Shown here one piece after another: positions 27,164 through 36,651 of a DNA stretch of 64,000 nucleotides. Below the pieces are notes generated by a model, which was given only the letters and a program-made list of their open reading frames with translations, was not told the DNA's origin and ran no database searches. Position numbers and translations under genes: made by a program. The DNA is from a virus. Lineage: Duplodnaviria; Heunggongvirae; Uroviricota; Caudoviricetes. Location: the IMG/VR virus record IMGVR_UViG_2785510761_000002, one strand, 5' to 3'. Position 1 is the first letter of the stretch. Each line of letters opens with the position of its first letter.

Positions 27164-28083
27164 AGTACGCCCTCCGTCCTTCTAAGATTCTCTCTGAGTT
27201 GATTCTTGATGTTGCAAACTTCCTGTTCACCGTACAACGAGTTGTCGTAGGTTTCGACGAGAATGCGCAGCGCTTTCTCGTCCGCTTCAAGCAATGGCTT
27301 GCGGTGCCCATATTGCTCTCGAGCGAACACAGCAAATGATCGGGCTTGAGCCTCAAGCGCATCCTCTCCGAGGAGCTCCTGCTCCTCCTGGGGAGGGAAA
27401 GCCATCCCGAAATCGAACGGCGGCATGGCCCGGTATGACCCGTCTGCCTGCTCGATCACCCCGATGTTGCTGAGGTTGTTGATGCGGTCGGTGTTCCCGA
27501 TGATCAGGTCGAAGGCTGACATTCGGAGGACATCCTCGCTCAGGCTTGCGCCCGTGGAGGAGTTCATTGTCTCGATCTGGCCCTTGAGCCGCTTCCAGTC
27601 GTCGTTCTCAATGAAGAACTCCTCGTCAGAGTCCCAGTCTTCGTCCTCTTCAACGAATTCGTCCGATCGAAAATACGAGAGCTGCCGTTCGCGCTCTCCG
27701 ACGCTCTTGAAGTTGTGGGATTCGACACCGATCAGCAGGTTGCCGTCTGCGTCTCGGAAATGCTTAGCGTCATACTGCACGGCGTTTTCGAGGCCCATGG
27801 CGAGTGCTGCTCGCCCGGGGAACTCCTCGCGAATGGCCTCGTCGTGCATGGCATCGAGCTTGATGTACGTGTCGCGGTACGGGTCGTAGAACTTCTGCGT
27901 TGATCCACCCATGACACGTGATGTCGAGTCTTCAGCTACGAGCGCGCTGAGCTCACGCACCTCCCTGACTCCGGCATTCACCGGTGGAGCAGCGATATCT
28001 CGTTCGTGTGCAGCGAAGCTTCCGCCGCTGCCGCCTGCTGCGGTTCTCCCGAGTCCGATGTCTTTCCTGCGCGATGTGCTCAC
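27124..28083 (-). CDS. leader-family protein 2 (GTG start: VSTSRRKDIGLGRTAAGGSGGSFAAHERD..PP)
   Basis: Start set at the GTG preceded by GCCGCGCGTAATCATTCAG. The conserved leader is followed by a unique 280-aa region. Confidence 0.65.
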   Translation of the reverse strand: MSTSRRKDIGLGRTAAGGSGGSFAAHERDIAAPPVNAGVREVRELSALVAEDSTSRVMGGSTQKFYDPYRDTYIKLDAMHDEAIREEFPGRAALAMGLENAVQYDAKHFRDADGNLLIGVESHNFKSVGERERQLSYFRSDEFVEEDEDWDSDEEFFIENDDWKRLKGQIETMNSSTGASLSEDVLRMSAFDLIIGNTDRINNLSNIGVIEQADGSYRAMPPFDFGMAFPPQEEQELLGEDALEAQARSFAVFAREQYGHRKPLLEADEKALRILVETYDNSLYGEQEVCNIKNQLRENLRRTEGVLWRRKSPSVTGAL

Positions 28084-28199
28084 CTGAATGATTACGCGCG
28101 GCATCGGGTGGAGATGTTGGACCCCCGCCGTGGACGGCTGCTGCAGGCTGCCGTAGGACGTTGTACACACGTCACTTAGGGATTCGAACCCCAGTCCAG

Positions 28200-28271
28200 T
28201 GCGCCTCCCTGGAATCGAGCCAGGGGCCTCCGTCTTATCAGGACGGCGCTCTACCGCTGAGCTAGAGGCGC
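28200..28271 (-). tRNA. tRNA-Ile(GAT)
   Basis: Acceptor GCGCCTC/GAGGCGC, anticodon loop CTGATAA. An orphan T-arm plus acceptor fragment (GGGGTTCGAATCCCTAAGTGAC) lies immediately 3', a tRNA remnant. Confidence 0.8.
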
Positions 28272-28345
28272 ATGCCACTGATTCGTTGACACTGGTTCAG
28301 TGACCAAAACCTTGAGAGGCCGACTTCCGGTAGGTAGTCGGCTCG

Positions 28346-28429
28346 TGGCCCTCCCGGGGCTCGAACCCGGACGCTCTTTCGAGCACCGGCTTTTGAGGCC
28401 GGAATGTCTACCATTTCCAACAGAGAGCC
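28346..28429 (-). tRNA. tRNA-Leu(CAA)
   Basis: Type II. Anticodon arm CCGGC-CTCAAAA-GCCGG. Variable-arm hairpin GCTC-GAAA-GAGC. Confidence 0.8.
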
Positions 28430-28601
28430 AGGTGGCTGCTGCCGAGGACTTGAACCCCACCTCCCGGTATTCGCTCGGGCGCGCTTATCGCGGATCGCCA
28501 ACCCGTCATGACCTGGGAGTGCGATGTGCTCACAGTTGCCACGCTCGCCCCCGAAAGTGCACGCAGGGGAGTCACGTTCTTCCGATTGCGCCAAACAGCA
28601 G

Positions 28602-28674
28602 TGCGCCCGCCAGGGTTCGAACCTGGGGCCTACGGATTAAGAGTCCGCAGCTCTACCAACTGAGCTACAGGCGC
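28602..28674 (-). tRNA. tRNA-Lys(CTT)
   Basis: Acceptor GCGCCTG/CGGGCGC, anticodon loop CTCTTAA. Confidence 0.85.
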
Positions 28675-28839
28675 CGAGGGAGCTTGCATCCCATCCGCCG
28701 GCCTCACACCGACTTTTCCGAGTTTCACGGTCCTGTCCAGGCACTGCCTATGCAGCTCCGGAGCACCATCGTCAAGTGTTAGCCTGCCAACCTCGACGCT
28801 CCGCCACGGGCTCTCACCGTGGGTGATGCTCGATCCTCG

Positions 28840-28913
28840 TGGCCATCCTGGGACTCGAACCCAGAACCTTCTGATCCTAAATCAGACGCCTCTGCCAATT
28901 GGGCTAGACGGCC
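28840..28913 (-). tRNA. tRNA with anticodon TAG (Leu-decoding anticodon on a type-I, short-variable-arm scaffold)
   Basis: Acceptor GGCCGTC/GATGGCC, perfect anticodon stem TCTGA/TCAGA, loop TTTAGGA, T-arm CTGGG-TTCGAGT-CCCAG, 5-nt variable loop. Confidence 0.5.
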
Positions 28914-29266
28914 GGGTCCCGCACAATTTTGCAGCCGTGACAGCACCTATCCGCGGTGTGCCGTCCGTGCCTCATCTCCCACACCAGACTGCCTGGACTC
29001 ATGAACCCTGGCGCTATAGCTAACCAGGGTGGCGCGGTACGGGGGCGCGCGTAGGGAAGGGTGGTCCGGCTGCCTCCAGTATGAGACGCAACGCAACGTT
29101 TCGCATCACCGAACGCGGTATTGCACGCCTCAAAGGACGGGAGCCGGAAAAGTGTGTGTCTGCCGCGAGGGAATCTCCGCAGACCCTCGGCCTGCACGGT
29201 GGCGGGTTCCGAGGCTAGCCGCGCATGACGCGGCCGATACAACCCGAGCCGCTGGCTCGGATGTGG

Positions 29267-29341
29267 TCGGGACGACAGGATTTGAACCTGCGACTTCACG
29301 CTCCCAAAGCGCGCGCTCTAGCCAAGCTGAGCTACGTCCCG
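29267..29341 (-). tRNA. tRNA-Pro(TGG)
   Basis: C1:G72 acceptor CGGGACG/CGTCCCG as in bacterial tRNA-Pro. Anticodon loop TTTGGGA. Confidence 0.8.
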
Positions 29342-29669
29342 GTATTGCTGATTTCGGCCTATCCTAGACAGCGACCTTTGAGGTCACTTCACATGCACGG
29401 CTTAGCGAGGCTCAGCAGGGCCTGCCGCGTTTGTTCGGACAGTGTTGCGGCTGAGAGAAGAGGTTGACGAAAGGAATGATCGCGCTCTGCCGTTGAGCTA
29501 CGGAGCCTTACGGCACCGGCGGGATTTGAACCCGCATCTCGTCTTTGCAAATAGAAGTAACTCTCGTCTTCGCACCTCAGCCACGTAAGGGAGAACACCC
29601 GCCACCCGCGGAGCCGCACGCTCGAGTCGTACGGCAGCAATACCGGAGTTGAGCCGGCGCAGTTCTCTG

Positions 29670-29755
29670 TGGGCCTGGCAGGAGTCGAACCTGCGATGTG
29701 TCTAAACTGTGGCCGATTTACAGTCGGCTGCCTTCGCCACTCGGCGCACAGGCCC
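29670..29755 (-). tRNA. tRNA-Tyr(GTA)
   Basis: Acceptor GGGCCTG/CAGGCCC, anticodon arm GCCGA-CTGTAAA-TCGGC, long variable arm. Confidence 0.75.
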
Positions 29756-29834
29756 AAAGCCCGCGAATGCGGGCCCTGCCCACGTCGAAACGTGGACTAA
29801 TTCACAATCTCTATGGAGTTTTCAAGGTGCTTTG

Positions 29835-29907
29835 CGGGGCTGGCAGGGCTCGAACCTGCGACCACCGGTTTTGGAGACCGGTGCTCTACCAACTGAGCTA
29901 CATCCCC
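29835..29907 (-). tRNA. tRNA-Trp(CCA)
   Basis: Anticodon loop CTCCAAA, T-loop TTCGAGC. Confidence 0.8.
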
Positions 29908-30193
29908 AGATGCTCTTTCGAGCCGTTCGCATACTGAATGCGCGGTGTTTGGCGGGAAGGTTATCCGCCGAAAAGAGAATAAGCCCGGGACCGAATTTCG
30001 GTGCGCGGGCTTCGAGAGAAGATTGGGCCTAGATCGAGGCCGGTTTACCCGCAGGTGGAGGCGAATACAGATTATGGGTATGCGAGAGCCACTGCTGTGT
30101 GCTCAAACTGCGTCCCATGATTGTCTCCTGCTATTCGGATGTACCAACACTACACTTCACATCGAAAATAATTCAAGTTTTCATGTTGTTTCG

Positions 30194-30264
30194 CTGCCCC
30201 GTCAGGATTCGAACCTGAGCTTTCAGCTCCAAAGGCTGTCGTGCTGCCGTTACACTACGGGGCA
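30194..30264 (-). tRNA. tRNA-Gln(TTG)
   Basis: U1:A72 acceptor TGCCCCG/CGGGGCA, Gln-type D-arm, anticodon loop CTTTGGA. Confidence 0.75.
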
Positions 30265-30374
30265 ATACCTGGCCGCGCAGGCGCTTCTCAGGCAGCAAGA
30301 GAATCCTCCTCCACGCCTTACCTCGGCTCCCGCCTGTTCTGAGGCGGGGCCGTGAGCTTCACGCGGCCAGCTGA

Positions 30375-30995
30375 CTAGTAATGCGCGGCATCGCCGTATC
30401 TGGTCTGATCCACGAGCTTTTGCACCTTGAACACATGCGGCACATCGTGGAATCGCACCCCGGCGGTTTGCTCGCCAATGTTCCCTTTGTTCCAAGCGCC
30501 ATGGGTTTGGGGCTGCATGCCGGCGGCTGCATCGTGGAAAACCAGCGTTCCGCATCCAAAGAGTCGATCAATGATTCCCCGCTCGACGGCGACGCTCACA
30601 ATCCGGTCGACGGGGATCTCCCTGCTGTGCTTGTACAGTACGCCCCAGCGACGGGTGACGCGTCTGCTGGTGACCGTGAACGTTGAGTGAGTCCAACGCA
30701 TCACAGGCACGACGACGTACCAGATTTCCAGCATCAGCACGATGCTGTGCACGGCCAACTGCCCCCAGGCGTCGACCCAGGTGACTCCTGTGCTCGAAGG
30801 CCAGAACATAGCCAGCGCTACGTGCACGGCGATCAGCACGAGCTGTACGAGCGCTGGCCCAGCTAGGATCTTCCAGTGCGTCCGGCCTGACCACAGCACA
30901 GTTTCAGCACCTGGCGGTACAACACGTGACGATATCGACTGGCTTGGTGATGGCTGCTGCGGTGTCTGCCCTGTAGGCATGGCGGCGAACGACAT
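30375..30995 (-). CDS. membrane protein with bacterial PH (bPH_2/YdbS-like) domain
   Basis: Two TM helices followed by ...IPVDRIVSVAVERGIIDRLFGCGTLVFHD, a bPH_2 signature. Confidence 0.55.
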   Translation of the reverse strand: MSFAAMPTGQTPQQPSPSQSISSRVVPPGAETVLWSGRTHWKILAGPALVQLVLIAVHVALAMFWPSSTGVTWVDAWGQLAVHSIVLMLEIWYVVVPVMRWTHSTFTVTSRRVTRRWGVLYKHSREIPVDRIVSVAVERGIIDRLFGCGTLVFHDAAAGMQPQTHGAWNKGNIGEQTAGVRFHDVPHVFKVQKLVDQTRYGDAAHY

Positions 30996-31037
30996 TCAGG
31001 CTCCTATCTTTCTGGCTCAGCACATACGGGTTCGTGA

Positions 31038-32144
31038 CTACCGCCCTTGACGGTCGAGGGCCTCGATCTGCATGTCTTCCCACTCCCGTTGACCCTCAGG
31101 TGAGAGCAGCGAGAAGGTGATTGGACGTTCGATCCCGGCGTTTGCGATTCGCTCTCTGCGGAACCAGTCATCAAGCTCAGCTTTACTTGGCTCGGTACCG
31201 ACACCGAGTGACACACGCTTCACCTGAGCTTCAAGTGCAGGATCCTGCTCACACGCACCGCGGCCGACGATGTGAGAGTTCGTGTTCATCATGATGTGCG
31301 CCCGCTTCACGGAAGTGGAGATGGTGTCCATCGCATCTGGGTCACCCCACGGAAGATCATCTTCCGAGCCGAAATCGGCCCCGTCCTCGTAGTCGGTGTA
31401 AATGAAGTCCCGAGTTTCACCGTCTTCATCACGGAAGCTCCAGGTGGTGAAGAATCTGTCGGAATCATCCGTACCAAAGTTCGCCGACTCCATGCTCCAG
31501 CCTTCAGGCCATGCGGGAGCAGCCCCAACCTCCAGGTCAACCTGACGTGCAGGGATAGCGAGAGACTGGGATTTCGCTCCAGACACGGGATGCTGCGTGA
31601 TCGGACCTGTGCCGTACCGCTGCTGATCTGCCGAGGCGGGCAGAGAGCTGTCGACCAGCTGCAGGACTGGTGAGTACCTCTCGTTGTCTGCGAATAGTGG
31701 TGAGGTGTCGTATAAGCCGAGCTCGTCGACGAAGCCCGCCAGCTCGTCAGAAGCGTCAATGTCGAGTGCGTAGTATCCGCCGCTGTTCGGATCTCGCAGC
31801 CCCGCGAATCGATACTGCCCGGGGTTGTCATCTGACGGGTTGAGCTGAATCTGGGTGTAGCCAGGCGGGATGCCATATCGCTCAGCCAACTGCTCCGCCT
31901 TGGCGCTCAGCAGTTCCAGCTGCTCATCCGCCTCTTCGCGCTCAAGCGCAGCGCGCCTGTCGGCGATGGCTTCGAGGCGGCTGGCGCGCTGTCGGAGGAT
32001 CTCGTCAAGCTCTTCCGTATCGTTGATGCTGCTCGCTGGCGGGGGATCGGCGGTGGTTCTCTCGTGACTGGCGAATGACCCGCCGCTGCCGCCCGAAGCG
32101 GTCTTGCCAAGCCCATGGTCCTGTCTGCGCGTGATGTTGCTCAT
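31038..32144 (-). CDS. leader-family protein 3 (MSNITRRQDHGLGKTASGGSGGSFASHERTTADPPP plus a unique acidic C-terminal region)
   Basis: Conserved leader. Upstream motif GCCGCTCGTAATCTGCGT-ATG. Confidence 0.7.
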   Translation of the reverse strand: MSNITRRQDHGLGKTASGGSGGSFASHERTTADPPPASSINDTEELDEILRQRASRLEAIADRRAALEREEADEQLELLSAKAEQLAERYGIPPGYTQIQLNPSDDNPGQYRFAGLRDPNSGGYYALDIDASDELAGFVDELGLYDTSPLFADNERYSPVLQLVDSSLPASADQQRYGTGPITQHPVSGAKSQSLAIPARQVDLEVGAAPAWPEGWSMESANFGTDDSDRFFTTWSFRDEDGETRDFIYTDYEDGADFGSEDDLPWGDPDAMDTISTSVKRAHIMMNTNSHIVGRGACEQDPALEAQVKRVSLGVGTEPSKAELDDWFRRERIANAGIERPITFSLLSPEGQREWEDMQIEALDRQGR

Positions 32145-32173
32145 ACGCAGATTACGAGCGGCAAGTTCCTGAT

Positions 32174-33217
32174 CTACTGGCCGTGGATTTTCCCATCGTC
32201 TCCGATGTACAGGTCAACTGAGCCGTGTGTTTTTGCTGCTGAGGTCATGCGGTCTCCGAGTTCACCCAGTCCACGGTCCCAGAAGCCCGATCCATGCCGG
32301 TTGCGAGTGAGCCAGAAATCGTGGCCGAGCTGTGCCATGCGCTCATTTCGATCCTGCCCAATTGCGTCACTCACCATGTACTCGTTCACGAGCTGCCGGT
32401 TCGAGATCATGAAATTGGCGAGGTCATCCTTCATTTCGTTCTTGAGAACGTCAGAAAGGTCCTCCTCGTCGTACTCGTCTTGGAACTTGCCGAGGTCGTT
32501 GCCTCCTTCATCAGTGCGTGGCGTGCTCCACATGGCGGCGCCATAGTAACTGTCGTACAGGTGCTCACGCTCGGTTTCATCACGCACCGCCCAAGCGAGC
32601 TTGTCTTGGCCGGTGTCCATGCCGTCGAACCCGCCGTCAAAATCTTCAGCGAAGCCCCAGTGAAGCGCTCCGCCTCCTTGGCAGCTGTCGTACTCTCGAA
32701 GCGCCGCAACGCTGACGCGCGCTTCGTCGAGCTGGTCAACAGGGATTTCGTACTGGGAAGCGATGTGCTCCGGCATACCTTCTTCGCTCAGCAGCGAAGC
32801 GACTTCGCTTGCATAGTGCTCACGTCGATGCTCTTCAAACTCGCCAAGCGCCATCGCGTCAAAGCCGGTATTGGTATCTGCAGCAGTATGCAAGACAGGC
32901 TGCTCTGCGTTGCCTTGGTCCGCGAATTTCTGCACCAGATCTTTGCGCTCCACTGGCGTTGCTTCCGCGACTCTCAGGACGAGATCGTTCAGCGCATCGT
33001 AGTCTTCGTCGGTCTTGGCGTTCCAGCCCATGTGGCTGAGTTGCTGGGTGAGCTCATCGTTCAACGAATAGAGCTCCTCCATGGTGAGGCTAGATGGGTC
33101 AACGTGAGCAACCGGCGGAGACGCAGCGGACCTCTCGTGTGATGCGAATGACCCGCCGCTGCCGCCCGAAGCGGTCTTGCCAAGCCCATGGTCCTGTCTG
33201 CGCGTGATGTTGCTCAT
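32174..33217 (-). CDS. leader-family protein 4
   Basis: Start moved to the internal ATG (MSNITRRQDHGLGKTASGGSGGSFASHERSAASPP). The first 100 nt or so of the CDS plus the 5' UTR are nearly identical at DNA level to the 31038..32144 paralog. Confidence 0.7.
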   Translation of the reverse strand: MSNITRRQDHGLGKTASGGSGGSFASHERSAASPPVAHVDPSSLTMEELYSLNDELTQQLSHMGWNAKTDEDYDALNDLVLRVAEATPVERKDLVQKFADQGNAEQPVLHTAADTNTGFDAMALGEFEEHRREHYASEVASLLSEEGMPEHIASQYEIPVDQLDEARVSVAALREYDSCQGGGALHWGFAEDFDGGFDGMDTGQDKLAWAVRDETEREHLYDSYYGAAMWSTPRTDEGGNDLGKFQDEYDEEDLSDVLKNEMKDDLANFMISNRQLVNEYMVSDAIGQDRNERMAQLGHDFWLTRNRHGSGFWDRGLGELGDRMTSAAKTHGSVDLYIGDDGKIHGQ

Positions 33218-33473
33218 ACGCAGATTACGAGCGGCTTCCAAGAGGCCACTCATGCCCAAGTGACACGCCCGGGATGCCGCTGGGAAGGAGGTTCTGCGGA
33301 AGCAATTCACTCGAAAAGAGCATAAGGTGCCATGGCTCCACCTGAGATGAACTCCCAGTTCAGCTGAGAAAAGGTGTGACGCCATCAAGAATTGAGGAGC
33401 CAGCAAGTGCCCCAAAAACCTGCCATGGTGGTGTTCACCGCGGGGCTGGCTTGCGGCGATAAGGAGGAGATCA

Positions 33474-33860
33474 ATGCTCACAATGTCGATACTTCTAGCG
33501 CTGGCCACTGTCGCCGCTTGCGCCGTAGGGTTGCTGCTCACTGCGGCTGCATGGGCACTGCCGCCCCAGATCCTCCCGCTCCTCGCCACAGCTGAGGGGC
33601 GCCGCCACGCCCGTCTAGCTCGGGGCATCGTCCTGCACGCACGCAGGACAGGCTCGCCCTACGGCCTCCGTCTGAACAGCTTCGTCGTGGACGGAGCGGG
33701 TGACCTCGCGGCACTATTCCAAATGCGAGACCCACGGCAGCAGGGGCTCCCAGAAGCAGCTCGCTTTGAAGCTCTGCGCCTGACTGGCAGGCCGGCGATC
33801 TGGGACGAGCGGTTGCTCCAAGTGAGACGCAAGACGATATTGGCCTACAGCGTTAAGTAG
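33474..33860 (+). CDS. hypothetical small membrane/secreted protein
   Basis: Strong RBS AAGGAGGAG 6 nt upstream. Hydrophobic N-terminus. Confidence 0.45.
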   Translation: MLTMSILLALATVAACAVGLLLTAAAWALPPQILPLLATAEGRRHARLARGIVLHARRTGSPYGLRLNSFVVDGAGDLAALFQMRDPRQQGLPEAARFEALRLTGRPAIWDERLLQVRRKTILAYSVK

Positions 33861-33887
33861 CCCCATCTGCTCAGCTCGCTGAGCTGC

Positions 33888-34889
33888 CTAGAACTCACCC
33901 GAGGCGTGGCCGCGGCGAAGGGCGTCCGCCATGCGGCGATCCTCATCCTCGTCCCGCTTGAGAGCGGCAGCGACAAGAGTTCTGTCACCGCCCGGGCCGG
34001 CATCCGGTGCCTGCTCTCGCACATTTGCGCTCAGATGATAGTCCGATGTCGAATAGCCGCGCATCGAGTCTGACTCATGGTCATTCCACTGATCCCCGAT
34101 GGCGCTGAGGGTCTGAGTGATGTTGCTCGCAGTGATTGATGGACGGCCCCGGTCTGTCCGCTGCCAGTAGACGAGATCCTCTTCTGACATCCCTTTTGGT
34201 GCACGTCTGTAAGCGGTGCCCTCGGGCACTTCCGCTGTCACCTGGATGCTCTGGCTTCCACGGCTCTTCGCGGTCGTCACGAAGACCTTGCCTGGTGGGA
34301 GCGCACCCCACTCCTGGGCGCGTTTCACGTCAGCTCGAATCAGTTTCGCCACCTGTGCGGCATCGACGTGCCCTCCGTCAAGCTCTCCGCGACGAGCGCC
34401 GGTGAACCTGTTGCCGTAGCTGCCGCCGTCGTTTTCTGCTCCCTCAGCAGCAACACCCATATCCCGGAGTCTGCTCCGACGAACTGAAGCCTGCAGCTCC
34501 TCCCCATAATCTTCAGCTTCACGCCATATCCCGGAGACCCCTGCTTTCGGGAAATGCTCAAGCACTTGACGCACGTCTCCCTGGCTGTCGAACGTTACTT
34601 GCAGCCTTCGCTCGTCCGGGGTGCCGTCGTACATATAGCGCTGGATCTCGAATCCGTGCAGGCCACCGCCGTTCCGGCCAAGATCGGTGATGTCGTCGCC
34701 CCATCGATCAGCAATCATCTGGCGGCTGTACTCAGGTGTCTGGACAGAGGCTGAAGTGTGCTCTGGGACGCGATGAGGGGCAGCGGGTGGGGCCGCGCTG
34801 TCTCGTTCGTGGGACGCAAAACTCCCGCCGCTGCCGCCCGCTGCGGTCCTGCCGAGGCCGAGGTTCTGTCTGCGTGTCTGATTGTTCAT
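33888..34889 (-). CDS. leader-family protein 5 (MNNQTRRQNLGLGRTAAGGSGGSFASHERDSAAPP...)
   Basis: Start moved to the internal ATG preceded by GCCGCAAGTAATCTCCATC. Confidence 0.7.
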   Translation of the reverse strand: MNNQTRRQNLGLGRTAAGGSGGSFASHERDSAAPPAAPHRVPEHTSASVQTPEYSRQMIADRWGDDITDLGRNGGGLHGFEIQRYMYDGTPDERRLQVTFDSQGDVRQVLEHFPKAGVSGIWREAEDYGEELQASVRRSRLRDMGVAAEGAENDGGSYGNRFTGARRGELDGGHVDAAQVAKLIRADVKRAQEWGALPPGKVFVTTAKSRGSQSIQVTAEVPEGTAYRRAPKGMSEEDLVYWQRTDRGRPSITASNITQTLSAIGDQWNDHESDSMRGYSTSDYHLSANVREQAPDAGPGGDRTLVAAALKRDEDEDRRMADALRRGHASGEF

Positions 34890-34951
34890 GATGGAGATTA
34901 CTTGCGGCGCAAAGGCTCGCATGGTCTGAAGCGCGAGCGCGGTTCAGCACG

Positions 34952-35155
34952 CTATGGAGTGAGCAGCACTGCTGGGATGCCCTCGTCACCCGAAGGCATG
35001 TACTTTCCATCCACCCGCATCCACCGGCCAGGGGTCGCGTCGCTGCACCCCAGCATGTCGGCGTACTGCTGAGCGATCAGTGGATTGGTCGTTCCCAGCA
35101 CAAGCTTTTGTTGCTTGCTGCCGGCCAGTTTCCTGACTTCGATCTTCTGGCTCAT
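34952..35155 (-). CDS. hypothetical small protein
   Basis: 67-aa ORF. CCGCGCATAC motif about 40 nt upstream and RBS GGGGG. Confidence 0.35.
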   Translation of the reverse strand: MSQKIEVRKLAGSKQQKLVLGTTNPLIAQQYADMLGCSDATPGRWMRVDGKYMPSGDEGIPAVLLTP

Positions 35156-35428
35156 GTCTGTAGCCCCCTTCGGACTGGTCAGCTGTTTCTGCCTGTATGC
35201 GCGGCTACTGAGTCATCCTTGACAGCAGACGTTCACCGGGTACCGCGCATCCCGCGATCTTGCGGCCACTGGTGCTCCAATCACCGCCAAGCTGATCAAG
35301 ACCGCGGCGCCAATCTCGTCCAATCGGTTCCGCGTCACCGAGATGTTCGCAGTGCTCGTCGTGCACGACCACCAACCCGGTTTCCGCCGGAGATCTTTCG
35401 AGATCGACAGCGAAGGTGAGCATGACCG

Positions 35429-36454
35429 CTACTCGCCGCTCATCAGGACAAGATCGACCACCTCTGGCGCGACGCCCTGCTTGAAGGCAGTTTTTTGAGC
35501 TTCGCAGACGCGCTGCTCCGCGGCCGCCGCGACCATGCGTAGGTACATCACTCGCACAACTGCGGGGTCTGCCCCTACGTCGAAGCTGCCAGCTGCGACT
35601 GCCTGCTCAAACGGACTTTGAACCTCGTCAACCAGGCTTTCAACCCAGCTCGCCATCTCAGAAATTGTTGCGCGGTCTGCCAAGAATCGCTTCACCTCAG
35701 CGATGCCGGGGATCGGAGATGCTGGGCCGGCGACCATGGCAGGCTCCGGGGTGTCGTTCTCAATGTCGGCAGGCGCCATATCCGGCTCGGCATCATCGAC
35801 TGGTTTCGCGCTTCCGGCATCACCTGAGGCTTCCATCTGCGGAGTCTCGGCGACTTCTGCAATGCCCGGGTCGTTGTGGAATTCGGGATTCGGTCGCTCT
35901 TCAGCTTCAATCTCAGGCTCATCGGGAGTAGTTGCCTTTGAATCGGGAGATGGCGTTGAGCCTGCGAGCGCGACGGGCGCAGGAATCTGAGGTTGAGCAA
36001 ACCCGCCAAGGTCTCTTGGGGCAAGAATGGTCGATGCATTCGGGCCGTCCGGAACATCCTCCGCCCATGCGGGAAGTTCTGTAGTCATGGGTTTAGGGCG
36101 CTCTAGATCGGCTGCTGAAGCCATCAGGAGCTGATCGAAGCTTGATTTCGGCTTCCCCTCGGTGACGGCGCTTGCAGTTGTCCGTCTGGCGGCGGTTTCA
36201 GGCTGCTGCCTGTCATTGGAGCGCTTATGCAGCAGCGTGACGATGAGCCATGTGACACCGATCATTGCGCATATCACCGGGATCGCAAGTGGCCACGGCC
36301 AGGCGAATGCCCATCCTCGGTCGAGGGTCCGCTGAGGGCTCGACAGGTCGCGCCCAATAAGGTCGCCGAGCGCGGGTAGCCAGTAGATCGCGCTGTACGC
36401 CAAACCAAGCAGCACGCTGAGCCCTGCGGATATCCAGAAGCTAATTTTCAGCAT
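35429..36454 (-). CDS. hypothetical membrane protein with Pro/Ala/Glu-rich extracellular region
   Basis: Start taken at MLKISFWISAGLSVLLGLAY. Inverted-repeat motif CCCGCGCA-N20-TGCGCGGG about 45 nt upstream. Confidence 0.5.
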   Translation of the reverse strand: MLKISFWISAGLSVLLGLAYSAIYWLPALGDLIGRDLSSPQRTLDRGWAFAWPWPLAIPVICAMIGVTWLIVTLLHKRSNDRQQPETAARRTTASAVTEGKPKSSFDQLLMASAADLERPKPMTTELPAWAEDVPDGPNASTILAPRDLGGFAQPQIPAPVALAGSTPSPDSKATTPDEPEIEAEERPNPEFHNDPGIAEVAETPQMEASGDAGSAKPVDDAEPDMAPADIENDTPEPAMVAGPASPIPGIAEVKRFLADRATISEMASWVESLVDEVQSPFEQAVAAGSFDVGADPAVVRVMYLRMVAAAAEQRVCEAQKTAFKQGVAPEVVDLVLMSGE

Positions 36455-36651
36455 CGAACTCTCTTTCTGTGTATGTCCCGCGCACGGGGAACGTGCCATG
36501 GGAATGCGCGGGGGTGCCGGGCGACGGCCACCCCACTCATTACGAGCGGGGGTTGAGACGTGAGTTCAACCAGGTCAATACAGCCCACGAGCGCACCGGC
36601 TCAGGGAGGTGCAAAACCCAAAAACTAGCCCCACCGCGCATTCAGGGGCTA

